Both the position numbers and the translations under genes were made by a program. From NCBI RefSeq assembly GCF_006345805.1, contig NC_042998.1:35712001-35776000 (forward strand): a stretch of 64,000 bases of DNA, given 5' to 3'. Source of the DNA: Octopus sinensis (lineage: Eukaryota). The notes beneath the pieces are model-generated. The model saw only the letters and a program-made list of their open reading frames with translations. It was not told the DNA's origin and did no database searches. This document shows, piece after piece, positions 51,494 to 64,000 of the stretch; the first letter of the stretch is position 1, and each line of letters begins with the position of its first letter.

Positions 51494-53145
51494 GTTGGAA
51501 GAATGCCTTGGGGGTAGTTCTTTCAGCTCTTTATAGTCTAAGTTCAAGTCTTGCTGAGGCCAACTTTGTCCTTCATCTCCCCAGGGTCTATAAAATAAAG
51601 TACCAGTCACGTATTGGTGTCAGTATAATTGATTATACTCCTCCCCTCAAATTGTTGGTTTCTCCCTAAATTAGAAACCTTTACTATCTTTCCTTTTTGC
51701 TTGTCTCAGTCAATGGACTGCGGCCATACTGGGACACAGCCTTGAAAAAGTTTAGTTGAATGAACCGATATCAGTATTTTATTAAAGACTGCTGAACTGC
51801 TCTTACAGGGATGTAAAACTCACTACCACTAGTGGTCAAGGATAGACACAGATATATCATCCATCATCATCGTTTAACGTCAGCTTTCCATGCTGGCATG
51901 GGTTGGACGGTTTGACTGAGGACTGGCAAGCCAGGAGGCTGCACCAGGCTCCAAATTAATCAGGCAAGGTTTTCACAGCTGGATGCTCTTCCTAACGCCT
52001 ACCACTCCGAGAGTGTAGTGGGTACTTTTTACGTGCCACTGGCATGGAGGCCAGTCAAACGGCACTGGCGTCAACCATACTTGAATGGTGCTTTTTTGCG
52101 TATCACTGGCACAGGAGCCTATCAGGTGGGACTGGCATTGATAATGTTTGAATAGTGCTCTGTGCTTTTTATGTGCCACAGGCACAAGTGTCTGTCAGGC
52201 GGCACTGTCATATACATATCCATGACTCCAGTCTGATTTGCCAACTATAGAAACCATGCCAAATCAGACTGGAGTCTGCTGCAGCCTTCCAGCTTGTCAG
52301 CCATGGTCGAAATAAAGTACCAGTCACGTATTGGTGTCAGTATAATTGATTATACTCCTCCCCTCAAATTGTTGGTTTCTCCCTAAATTAGAAACCTTTA
52401 CTATCTTTCCTTTTACCTTTTTGCTTGTCTCAGTCAATGGACTGCGGTCATACTGGGGCACAGCCTTGAAAAAGTTTAGTTGAATGGTCAAACTGTCCAA
52501 CCCATGTCAGCGTGGGGGCTTCTTTCAGTTTCCATCTACCAAACCCATTCACAAGGTTTTGGTTGGCCTCAGGCAATAGTAGAAGACACTTGCCCAAGGT
52601 GCTGCACAGTGGGACTGAACCTGGCACCATTTGATTGGGAAGCAAGCTTCTTACCACACAGCCTATTATTTCTTTTTTCTTTTTACATTTTTGCTGTAAA
52701 TATTCTTTTCTTTCTTATTATATTTTGTAAGAAATAATTGAGTTTAAATCAGTGACGGAATGATTACTCTCTCCTCAGACAATTTCAACAAAGAATGCTT
52801 CCATCTCCACTTTGAGTTCTGTTTGTTGAGAACTAATTTCTAACCTGATATAAAACATTCTCTCTTTCTTTTCAATATCTTTGTTTACTGTAAATAATTG
52901 TGTTGTTTTTGTAGTTTCTTTTTATATTTCAAATATTTTTGTGTTTGATCTGAGTTCAAGTAGTTTAAAAAAAAAAATTTTATTAACCTTGGTCATTTTG
53001 ATATCTCAGTTACAGGATTTTCAACTCAGAAATTGTTGGTTTGTGGTGGAGTCTTATCAATTTTGATAGTGGTTGTAACAAAATTGTTTGAGACTAAACC
53101 GAGATACTCATATCTCGTGTGCTTCTGTCATGGTTCAAACACCTA

Positions 53146-53509
53146 TACTCTTTTACTTGTTTCAGTCAGTTGACTGCAGCCATGCTGGAGCACTGCCTTT
53201 AGTCGAGCAACCCAACCCCAGGACTTATTCTTTGTAAGCCCAGTACTTATTCTATCGGTCTCTATTGCCGAACCGCTAAGTGATGGGGACGTAAACACAC
53301 CAGCATCGGTTGTCAAGCGATGTTGGGGGGGACAAACACAGACACACAAACATACACACACAGTTTCCGTCTACCAAATCCACTCACAATGCTTTGGTCG
53401 GCCCGAGGCTATAGTAGAAGACACTTGCCCAACATGCCACGCAGTGGGACTGAACCCGGAACCATGTGGTTGGTAAGCAAGCTACTTACCACACAGCCAC
53501 TCCTGCGCC
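53146..53509 (-). mobile_element. CORE-type SINE
   Basis: Reverse complement of the 23635 family; internal microsatellite largely deleted. Confidence 0.85.
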
Positions 53510-53539
53510 TATATCGGTTTCAACATCATTATTATATAT

Positions 53540-54240
53540 CACAGATTCTCAAAGTGGGCGCTACCATTCCCCCCAGTGGGCGTGGGTGCCTGGGGGCAGT
53601 AGAGAAAAAGGAGGCGTTGGGAGGAATGCAGTGATTTGGGGGACGCTATGAATTTATTATAATATTATTATTAGAAAATTACTATTTGTTAATCTCACAA
53701 TGATAGATATTCAGTAGCAGTACTTTGGAGTAAAGATTGTTTGCCAACATAACATGGCAGTCCTGGTTTAGGATGAATGTTGCTGTAATTTAGCCCTAGG
53801 AAACAAGGTCTCCAGCTGGGTATACGACATGATCCGTGTCCTTATATTTTTGAACAAGGGAATCTAGCACCCCCACTCAGCTCAAAACAGTATCTGTATT
53901 GCGATATAACCCGGAAATTGCAATACACAGATATTGTTTTGAGCTGAGTTGGAGTGCTAAATGCCCTTGTTCGAAGATATAAGGACACGGATCGTGTTGT
54001 ATAGCCAGCTGGTTACGATGTTTCCTGGAGCTAAATTACAGCAACATTCGTCCTAAACCAGGACTGCCATGTTATGTTGGCAAACAATCTTTACTTCAAT
54101 ATTATTATTGTATTGTAGACAAAATATATAATATAAAATATAAAATATTTCTTTAAACATAAAAATAGGGGTGGGGGCGCTGAGGGTGTTATGTGGCCAT
54201 GAGGGGCAGGGCAGTGGCCCAAAAAGTTTGAGAACCTCTG
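53540..54240. mobile_element. hAT (Charlie-like) non-autonomous element containing a long fold-back (53725-54099)
   Basis: CACAGATTCTCAAA ... TTTGAGAACCTCTG termini; TSD TTATATAT / TTGTATAT. Confidence 0.7.
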
Positions 54241-54694
54241 TTGTATATGCACACATGCATACAATGTGACCCAGCTGACCTGTCCATTTTAGTGTGTCGT
54301 TATCACGAAATACTTTAAGGGAATAAAATCCACCAAGGTCGACTTTGCCTTTCATCCTTTCGGGGTTGATAAATTAAGTACCAGTTGCATACTAGGGTCG
54401 ATCTAATCGACTGGCCCCCTGCCCCCCAAATTTCAGGCCTTGCGCCTAGAGTAGAAAAAATTATCACTAAATATTTAAGGGAACATATTTTATTTATCGA
54501 AGTTCTGAAGTTAGGTTAGGAAGGGTTCGGTTTAATAACAATGAACTGTTTCAGTTGTAGACGACGATACTTCAACATTAAATACCACAAAGCCATCATT
54601 TGTGGTTTACAGTTGAGAGGGAGAGAGAAAGAGACTGTGTGTGTGGGTGTGTGTGAAGGCTGGTGGCTTAGCAGTGACGGTATTCAGTTCCCGA

Positions 54695-55294
54695 GGGCGG
54701 TGAGCTGGCAGAATCATTAGCACGCCGAGCAAAATGCTTAACAGTATTTCGTCTTCCTCTACGTTCTGAGTTCAAATTCCGCTGAGGCCGACTTTGCCTT
54801 TCATCCTGTCGGAATCGATTAAATAAGTACCAGTTATGCACTGGGTCGATATAATCAACTTAATCCGTTTGTCTGTCCTTGTTTGTCCTTTCTGTGTTTA
54901 GCCCTTTGTGGGTAGTAAAGAAATAGGTATTTCATCTGCCGTTACGTTCTGAGTTCAAATTCCGCCGAGATCGACTTTGCCTTTCATCCTTTCGGGGTCG
55001 ATAAATTAAGTACCAGTTATGCACTGGAGTCGATGTAATCGACTTAATCCATTTGTCTGTCCTTACTTGTCCTCTCTGTGTTTAGCCCCTTGTGGGTAGT
55101 AAAGAAATAGGTATTTCATCTGCCGTTACGTTCTGAGTTCAAATTCCGCCAAGATCGACTTTGCCTTTCATCCTTTCGGGGTCGATAAATTAAGTACCAG
55201 TTATGCACTGGGGTCGATGTAATCGACTTAATCCATTTGTCTGTCCTTGTTTGTCCTCTTTGTGTTTAGCCCCTTGTGGGTAGTGAAGAAATAG
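54695..55294 (+). mobile_element. GGTA-SINE with three tandem 184-bp bodies, inserted into another tRNA-like head
   Basis: AAATAGGTAT at 54921, 55105 and 55289; TSD GGTATTC(A/G)GTTCCCGA at 54679-54694 and 55294-55309. Confidence 0.88.
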
Positions 55295-55649
55295 GTATTC
55301 GGTTCCCGATCATGGGGTCGCGTGTTTCATGTTGCTCTGGTTCCCGATCATGGGGTCGCGTGTGTTTCATGTTGCTCCAGTCCACCGAGAATGAGTTGCA
55401 GCCTGTAGTTCTGCGGGCCAAACCTTGTAGCATTCGATGTATCACGCTGAATCTCCCCAAGAACTATAAGTTAAGGGTACGCGTGTCTGCGGAGTGCTAA
55501 GTCAGTTGCACGTTAATTTCACGAACGGGCTGTTCTGGCGATCGAATCAACTACAACACTTGTGACCGACGGAGTACCCCGGACCATGTTGAATATAAAT
55601 CAACCTCCTAGCAAGCAGAATTTCTGAATTGATTACGCTTGCCAGTTGT

Positions 55650-58450
55650 TGAAATTTTGTTTTGCCTTGTTAATTGGCGATCTTCAGGAAGAAGACGAGA
55701 CAAAAAGGACTTTGCTCGAGAGAGACCCCATTGTCTTTTTGTATGAGACTTAACACGTAGTTAAAATAAGTGGTTCCAGTTCACTCATTTGAAATCATTT
55801 CCTTTATGAATTTGTTAAAACTTAGCCCCCACAGCCACTCCTCTTCCCAGGTGGGAGACGTGAACTGAATAAAGTATTGGATTATGGGCTTTATGAATTA
55901 ACCCTTTCAAATTTACTGCTGCTTTTCTCTTCTCTTCTTTTTCTTTTTCTTTTTGTGCCATGTTTCTGGGCAGAGCCTGTCTTCTGCGTCAGTTCACCGA
56001 TCTGCCAGAAATCAGAACTTGATCAAGTTACGAATGTTTACTTGTGTATCGATTGGCGTTCTATCAAGAATTAAGTTTTTCTTTTTTTTCCGTCAAGAGA
56101 CACATCGGAGCCAAGGAAATATTTATTACCATTTTCCTTGACGTTTGCGTAGTTTGGCCGAAGTTAAATAATGTTTTCTGTCTTTCACACACTTTTTTTT
56201 TTGTCTCCCTCCCGCACCCCTGAATATAGTAAAAATCATCTGCTTTTCGTGGGTGGTAATGTTGTTTTTTTTTCTTTCTAGGACAACGCAGTGGGTTTTC
56301 AACTCCTGATCTTTTGTTATAGTTCTCACACACGCTCCTCTCCTCTTCCACCTCGTGATAACGGGTGGGTGTTTATGGTTTCGAATGTGCGTGTACGTTA
56401 GTCATTCATTGAAGGTGTATTATGGCCGTTGATTGTGTCCTGGTGACCCTGACTGAATAGACTTTAGAACAGAAAGCAATCATATACGCGCGTGCGCACA
56501 CACATACATACATACTCACACATGTATATATACATATGTATATATATATATATCTATATATATCATACAACAAACTCTTACTCGTGACTTTTTAATATGC
56601 CGAAGAAAGAAACAATCACAAACATCGTAATTTTAGCAAGAAAATCTTCCGTCCCATCGTGTGGAGACAGAGAACAAGCTGTTCGACAGCTTGTGATTTT
56701 CCAAGTGACTTGTAAATAATGGATTTACATACCATGTAAAAAAAAAAATTCAAATTAAAATAAGGAAGGCATACAGTACACGAAAAGCAAAAAAAAAAGG
56801 GGGAGGGTTAGTATTTATTACCAATGAGGATTTATTTTATACATGACACTATATTATGCTGTTGTGAGTATTTTCTTTCTTACGTTTATTATTATTATTA
56901 TTTTTAATATACTTTCGCTGAATTCCTTGTATTTCTCCAAAAGTAAAACTATTTTCTAGGTCAACATTACAAAGTTTTTCAGAATTATTTCCCCTTCGCT
57001 AATCAGCGTATGTCTTGGAAAAAAAAAGGTTTTGTTTCTCTTCTTCTTCAAATGAATTAGATTTACTTTATAGTAAACACTCGTTCATTCATCTTTAGCT
57101 ACGTTCCGAATAATTTGGTTTGTTATCGAGTAAAAGAACTGTTTTTTTTATGGAAGTGGAGATTTCCTAACGTTTACATCGTTTCCAGAGTTTATAAGAG
57201 CATAGGTGAAGCGAAAGGGATCAAGAACTCGACTTTCTGGGATCTTGTTCCTTACTCTCCAGAATTGGTCGAAACTTTTAGTAAAAATTATTAGTATCGC
57301 ATAATTAACGACCGTTTTTTTTTTTTTTTTGTATTCTAAAACTGTTGTAAATTAAATTATAAAATAGTCGTTAATTATGCACCAACCCATTAAAACGAAA
57401 TACCTTGTTTTCCGTTCATGAAAATGTATACATATATCTTTTCTATGAACCACTGTTCGATAGTAATACCTTTTTCTTTACTTCTTTTTTTTTTTTATGG
57501 GAAACTGTAAACAGTGTAGGAAGCCCGATTATTCGAATTGTTTTGTTTTCTTCTTATTCTTCCAATTTTCGTTTCGTCGCTACTGTTGTAAATGTTCAAA
57601 TAGGAAGCGAGAGCGTTGAGTTCTATGTCGGCCGAACTTTATTCAAACACATCGAAAAGTTTTTAGTTTTTTCGTTCGTTTTAATTCGCTCCACGCGCAA
57701 AATAAATTTTGTTATTCGATTAAACTGGAGCGTGGAGGATATATTCCAGATGAACCGAAGTCCTGATTTTTTAAATTAAAAAAAAAAAAATTTAGAATAT
57801 ATAAATGTATAGAACTTTTTTTTTACTTTAATTTTATTCCTGATAATATCATACTTGGTGGATCACCTTTTACCACGAACCTGAGGTGAAGGCGCGCGCG
57901 TACACACATATTTGTGTCACAACGTGTCAACTGCGACATGTATATAATATGGTTGTTTGCCCTGCTAATAATAGCTGCGAAATCTCTTTACTAAACAAAT
58001 CGAATACGATATCTCCCCCCACTTTCACCAAAGAAACTACCTGCTGCTCATGGCCGAATAACTTTTCACACACACCAACACATGCACACACCTTGTTTGG
58101 CAGGTCAACTGACCGTGAAAAGGACTGTCACATTCGCTGATTCTACAAAACTTAATATTTCGTCTATTTGCTGCGCGAGCATTGTTTGCCAGGAAGGATT
58201 TATAGAAATCGATACATCATTGTATGTGTATGTGTGTGTTTACACGTGTGCATATAGCTACGTGTGTACATGGGTAAACAGCATGGCAAGCATTGATTAT
58301 CTGGATCTTATATACACGCTGAAGAACTTCAAGTCTGTTTTACATATGTTGGCAGTACCTTTTATCGCTGTAGTCCTTTTGATTAGGTTTTGCGAATCCC
58401 AGCTTCTCAAGATTGGTGCTGAAGTAATTAGTGCCGTACCTGAGTGCTCC
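55650..58450. promoter_or_regulatory. CpG-richer unique region, candidate promoter zone
   Basis: Few interspersed repeats, visibly more CpG, ATTGG (CCAAT) motifs; possible minus-strand ATG AAC GGA AAA CAA G|GT at 57419-57404. Confidence 0.25.
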
Positions 58451-58511
58451 AGTGATTATTAGCAGAAATCTTAAGTTATCTAAATAGAAAACTTGCAGAT
58501 TTCTCAAGTTT

Positions 58512-58772
58512 AGCATTATTATTATTATTATTATGATTATTATTATTATTATTCAGGTCACTGCCTGGAATCGAACTGGGAATCTTGGGTTAGTAGCCCG
58601 CACTCTTAACCACTATGCCATATGCCGTGGTGCTTTTTACGTGCCGCTGGTATGAGACCAGTCAGGTGGTACTGGCACCGACCATGAGCATATGGCGTAG
58701 TGGTTAGGAGCGCGGACTACCAACCCCAAGATTCCGAGTTCGATTCCAGGCAGTGACCTGAATAATGATAAG
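58512..58772. mobile_element. Head-to-head pair of tRNA heads of the hammerhead-tail SINE
   Basis: Minus head about 58540-58626, plus head about 58688-58772, separated by an RTE-tail fragment of about 60 bp. Confidence 0.75.
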
Positions 58773-59832
58773 TTTGGCATATATTTTCTCTTTTTTACTA
58801 ACTTTTTCACATCCTGTGGACTTCTGTTGGGCAACTGATTTCAGCTAGTGTTTGGTTTCTTTGCACTGTCCTAGATCAGTAGGTTGGGTCTGTCGTGCTT
58901 TCATTTTATTGAAACCTTTACAAGGACCAGGCTAGCTCAAGGTACTGGTAACTTGGGCAGTCGTCCAGGGCAGGAGGTCGTGGGAACGAGGCAAGGAGGG
59001 CGTGACAAAGACAAGGAAATTTCCACGGCTGTCAGTTTGCACACCCTGAAATTCTGCTTGTGTAGGACACCAGCAACCCTAGGGCTGGCCCTGAGTAGGA
59101 CATTCCATCATCATTTTTCTAGATGGTTGCTTAATAGTAAGAGTATTCAGCTCCCAGTGACACATTGCCTTTGAGCAGGATACTTTATTTTTTTCTTCTT
59201 CCAGGCCACACAGTAATTGAAAGGGCCCCACCTTGTCACATTTTGTGCCATGCTGAATCTCCCTGAGAAAACAGAATTAAGGGAACGTGTGTTTGTTGAG
59301 TGCTCAGCCACTTGCACTTTAATTCCATGAGCAAGTTGTTCCGACGGAGCGCCGATTAAATCGTGTGGTTTTTTTACCTTCCACATCACTGTAGCTTCTA
59401 TTTCTCTCTGTCCTAGCCACATCATGTCTTATAAGTAGAGAAATATTTTTGACTAGCTACTTAAGAGCTGGTGACATTTTTATTGTTGATTCATCCAAGT
59501 TAGTTCAGGGTAAACTACTCATCATCATCGTTTAACGTCTGCTTTTCATGCTGGCATAGGTTGGACGATTTGATTGAGGACTAGCAAGCCAGGAGGCTGC
59601 ACCAAGCTCCAATCTGATCTGGCAAAATTTCTACAGCTAGATGCCCTTCCTAATGCCAACCACTTCGAGAGTGTAGTGGGTGCTTTTTACATACCACCGG
59701 CACAGAAGCCAGTCAGGTGGCACTGGTAATGATCACACTATGGTATTAGGTTGTATGCTGTATATTATATATATATATATGTATGTAATGTGTGTATGCA
59801 TGCACGAATGTATGACTGAAATTATATATATG

Positions 59833-59884
<52 letters not shown>

Positions 59885-59885
<1 letters not shown>

Positions 59886-60075
59886 GGAAAGTTTACGAAA
59901 ATAAACAAAAGATGAAGGCAAGTGGAGTACAAACAAACAAATGTATTAGTATAGCACTCAGGAATAGAAAAAGTCTTTTACAGTTCGAGCCTATGCTCTT
60001 CGACTGAAAGATACACAGTAAAAAACAAGGAAAGAAAAAAAATGCGTGTAGGAGCTAACGATCTATCATGGTGTC
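59885..60075 (-). mobile_element. Second copy of the Penelope-like repeat at 31821
   Basis: Shared TGTATTAGTATA..GAAAAAGTCTTTTAC..TCGAG..TA(C/T)GCTCT block. Confidence 0.55.
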
Positions 60076-60984
60076 CTGACTTTGTATGTATATATACGTG
60101 GTTGTGTGGTTAAAAAGCTTGCTTCATAACCATGTGTTGTTAAGTTCAATCCCACTGCAGGCTACCTTGGGCAAGTGTCTTCTACAAAAGCCCTGTATTG
60201 ACCAAAGCCTTGTAAGTGGGTTTGATAGATGGAAACTGAATGCACGTGTGTGACTGCTTGACAACCATTTTTTTTTTATTAACCTCCCTATAACTTAGTG
60301 ATCAACAGAATAAGTACCAGGCTTAAAAATAAGTTCTGGGATTGATTCCTTCCTGATTGTGCCCCAAAATGGCTGCCGTCCAATGATTGAAACAAGTGCA
60401 AAATAACAGATATCTGTGTATGTTTTTAACCCCTTCATAAACGAACTGATCCTTTTTTTTTTTTATTCTTTCACCTTTCATAGAATATTCAGCAGTAGTC
60501 TGTTGGGGGGGTCATGGAATTATTTGTCCTGTGCTGGTGCCATGTATGAAGCCCCCGATCCCCTCTTTACGGTGATTAGTATCAGGAAGAGCATCCAGCC
60601 ATCAAAACTAAACCAAAGCAAACGACTGGATCCTGGTGCAGCCCTCCAGCCTTGCCAGCTCCTGTCAAACCGTCCAACTCATGCCAGCGTGGAAAATGGA
60701 CATTAAATGATGATGATGATGGTGATGATGATTGTTTTTAGATTTTCAAAGGTTCCCTGGAGTTTTTGTCTATTATTTACTTGTATAATCTTACTAGATC
60801 GACGTTTTCAACGAGCTATATTACATTTGTGTGTGGGTGACACTGTCAAGTGTATATATACAGAACTCTTTTGTGACTTATTTCCCCCACTTGACCCACA
60901 TCTTTGACATTCGTGTTAGCGTAAGCATGGAAAGATGGACATTAAAACGATGATGATGACATCTGCATACAAGCATAGTTCTTT

Positions 60985-61298
60985 TTTCATGCTTCATTTG
61001 TTTGTTCCTTCTTGAGCCACGCCTGGCTCATAAGGGCGGGTTTCCCAGTTTCCGTGGCGTATAGGTTCCCCACCTGGACAGGGCGCCGGTCCATTGCAGG
61101 TGAGCTGCAAGATGCAGGAGGAAAGAGTGAGAGAAAGTTGTGGCGAAGGGGTCAGCAGAAGTTCGCCATTACCTTCTGCTGGAGCCGCGTGGAGCTTAGG
61201 TGTTTCACTCACAACCACACACATCATCCAGCCTGAGATTCGAACCTGCGACCCCCTCGACCACGAGTCCGCTGCTCTAACCACTAGGCCATGTGCCT
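60985..61298 (-). mobile_element. tRNA-derived SINE related to 26890
   Basis: TGGCCTAGTGG A-box and GGTTCGAATCT B-box on the minus strand. Confidence 0.75.
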
Positions 61299-61381
61299 CG
61301 ACACAAGCATGGTTCTTTTATGGCTCCTGCAGTACCAAAGTTTTGTGAGTCAATTTAGAAGATGGAAACTAAATGAGGGTC

Positions 61382-61415
<34 letters not shown>

Positions 61416-63257
61416 TGAGTGAGTGAGAGAGAGAGAGAGAACTTGTGTCTGCTTTCTCATCTTGACATGCTAGTTGTAAATGAGTGTCACCTCCATACAA
61501 GTGGTGTCATTTGTTTCCAATATCTTGCAGAAAACCTGTCTGGTCATGAGAGAGTGTCACCTTGCTTGGAACCAAGTGAGGGTTGGTGGCAAGAACAACA
61601 TCCAGCTATAAAAAGAAATCTGCTTCCACGAATTCCATCTAACCCATACAAGCATGGAAGGGCACCCAGCTCTAGAAAACCATGCCAAAGCAGACCTTAC
61701 TGGTGCCATGTAAAAAGCACCCAATTCGTTCTGTGAAGTGGTTGGCATTGGGAAGGATATTTCGGTTATAAAAACCATGCCAAAGTAGACTGTGGAGCTT
61801 GGTGTATTACTCTGACTTGTCAACTCTCATCAGCCTGTCCAACCCATGCCAGCATGGAAAACAGACGTGAAATGATGATGATCTCACACACACACACACT
61901 GATCTATCTCACCTTTACCATCTGAGTAAAATGTGTTTCATTAAGGATACCGTTAGTGAGATTGAAGCATACTCCTTGCTTTTTAGCTCTTGGAAAATTT
62001 TCAACTTGCTTTAGTATATATATAAGACCCTAAGGTATATGCAGAAATAGTCCTTCACTGTCTTTAAAAAAAATCCCCCCAAAATTCAATGTCTACCTTA
62101 GTGATTCCTTGTGAAGTTACAGACCTCTTTCAGTTCTTTTGCAATAGCAGGAATTGAATGATTGTCTCAAGATTGTTTAGCATTAATTTGCGAAGAGAGA
62201 AACGTTTTGCTGTATAGGATATTAGTCCAGAAAGAGCTGGTTCATATTTTTTCTATTAGATAAGCAGGGATAATGGAAAACTACTTTCCTCAGAGCACCT
62301 GCTGTGGTACCTGAATTTGTGATTTAACGTTCTGCAGGCTAATATCTTGTTCACTAAACTATCTCCTTACCAGTTTCAAAATTTCATCCCCAGATCTGTA
62401 GGCCACTAATCTTAGAATTTTAATCAGTTACGCTACATGTGTTACCATATCTGATTAGCTAGCTTTTAACACTGAGAAATATTCTGAATTTAAAGAGAAA
62501 AGATTTTGGAAGTAGTCTGAATATAAACATCGTCTGGTTAATCAGTTGGTCTCTCTCTGTTTTCTTATGTTTAGTAATTTTACAGAACATTAAATAATGA
62601 GCAGGCATTGATTTTATTTATTTATTTTTCTACATTTAGGTTGATGATAAAATACCTGCTCTAATTTTTTAGTGAGAACTAAACAAATAATGTTTAGCAG
62701 TCTCTCCAGTTACTCGCATTGAAAATTGATAGTTTAATTATTGATACCTCTCAACGATAGTGATAAGTGTTGTTTTTTAAAAAATATTTTCAAGAAATGA
62801 GAGGAACGTAAACCTGCTACCGTTTCAGTTCTTGTTTTTCATGCGTGAGCATCCATCATTCACTGCATTGGCTGTTGTTGTTGACGAGATGTCGATCTGC
62901 TTGCTTACTATTTCAGTACTTCCTTATGTCAATTTAGTGTCTTATTATAGAACGGATATATTTTGATTATATGCTAGACAAACAAATTAAGGAGAAAGCT
63001 GGGAATTGAAGCTCTACTGCTGCCCCTCCTCCTCCCTATTAAGAGTTGCCATTTTCAGGATCATGTGTAAAGAGATGAGTACTTTTTATCCAAATAAAAC
63101 ATTTATTTGCCTAAATTTTATGTGAATTTGGTGATCACAGATAAAGCACTTTTGCATCAGAATTTAATAACATCCCTGAAATTTTTACATACTTTTTGGT
63201 AAGTTTCATTTTTTTGTAGTTTCTAGATTGCACAGTTTCAGCCTTTTACTTCTTTAA

Positions 63258-63875
63258 CCCTTTAGTGTTCAGATAACTCTGTTAAATGTAATACTTTTTC
63301 ACTCAAATTGTTTTGAATTGATCATGCATTATCTTATAGCTTTGAGGTTTCAACGATACTCTTTACTCTCTCTTTACTCTTTTACTTGTTTCAGTCATTT
63401 GACTGCGGCCATGCTGGAGCACCGCCTTTAATCGAGCAACTCGACCCCGGGACTTATTCTTTTGTAAGCCCAGTACTTATTCTATCGGTCTCTTTTGCCG
63501 AACCGCTAAGTGACGGGGACGTAAACACACCAGCATCGGTTGTCAAGCAATGCTAGGGGGACAAACAAACACGCACACACACATATATATATATACATAT
63601 ATACGACAGGCTTCTTTCAGTTTCCGTCTACCAAATCCACTCACAAGGCATTGGTCGGCCTGAGGCTATAGTAGAAGACACTTGCCCAAGGTGCCACGCA
63701 GTGGGACTGAACCCCAGAACCATGTGGTTGGTTAGCAAGCTACTTACCACACAGCCACTCCTTTTATTTTTAGAATGTCAATGAAGGTTAGGTTTGAGAG
63801 GCTAGATATTGCCCATTTGAATATAAAACTTGTAGAATATTTGGGCTGGATATGGCCGGTTTAAACACTAAAGGG
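63258..63875. mobile_element. piggyBac-type MITE (second family) interrupted by a CORE-type SINE (63361-63761, minus)
   Basis: TTAA|CCCTTTAGTGTT ... AACACTAAAGGG|TTAA. Confidence 0.82.
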
Positions 63876-64000
63876 TTAAACCCTTCTTGTTCTGTCAGAA
63901 CATTGTGGTTTTATATACAGCTGTTCTCTTGGTTAAATAAAATTGAGTCTACAAAAAAATTATTTTGAGCATTATATCATTATTTTCTTTCTTTTGTTGA

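Overview
AT-rich, microsatellite-dense eukaryotic DNA. The repeat families (tRNA-headed CORE-type and other SINEs, RTE LINE tails ending in (GAT)n) point to an Octopus genome; this is inferred from recalled repeat families, not from a search. There is one clear protein-coding gene: an intronless class A GPCR on the minus strand (30772-31698). It has Leu instead of the near-invariant TM6 proline, and a decayed paralogous 5' fragment lies about 1 kb upstream. The rest is mostly mobile DNA: at least four SINE families, RTE and Gypsy fragments, mariner and DD37D remnants, piggyBac/hAT/9-bp-TSD MITEs and non-autonomous Helitrons. The most interesting signal is a tRNA-headed (Pol III A/B box) element whose tail folds as a Penelope-type minimal hammerhead ribozyme and which recurs as inverted dimers, one bounded by a 13-bp TSD. 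A second SINE inserts at GGTA, including twice into the same site of its own family. An RTE insertion carries a perfect 106-bp fold-back 5' end. Most ORFs in the supplied track are translations of repeats or microsatellites. Two CpG-richer unique regions may be promoters of a spliced gene that I could not reconstruct.
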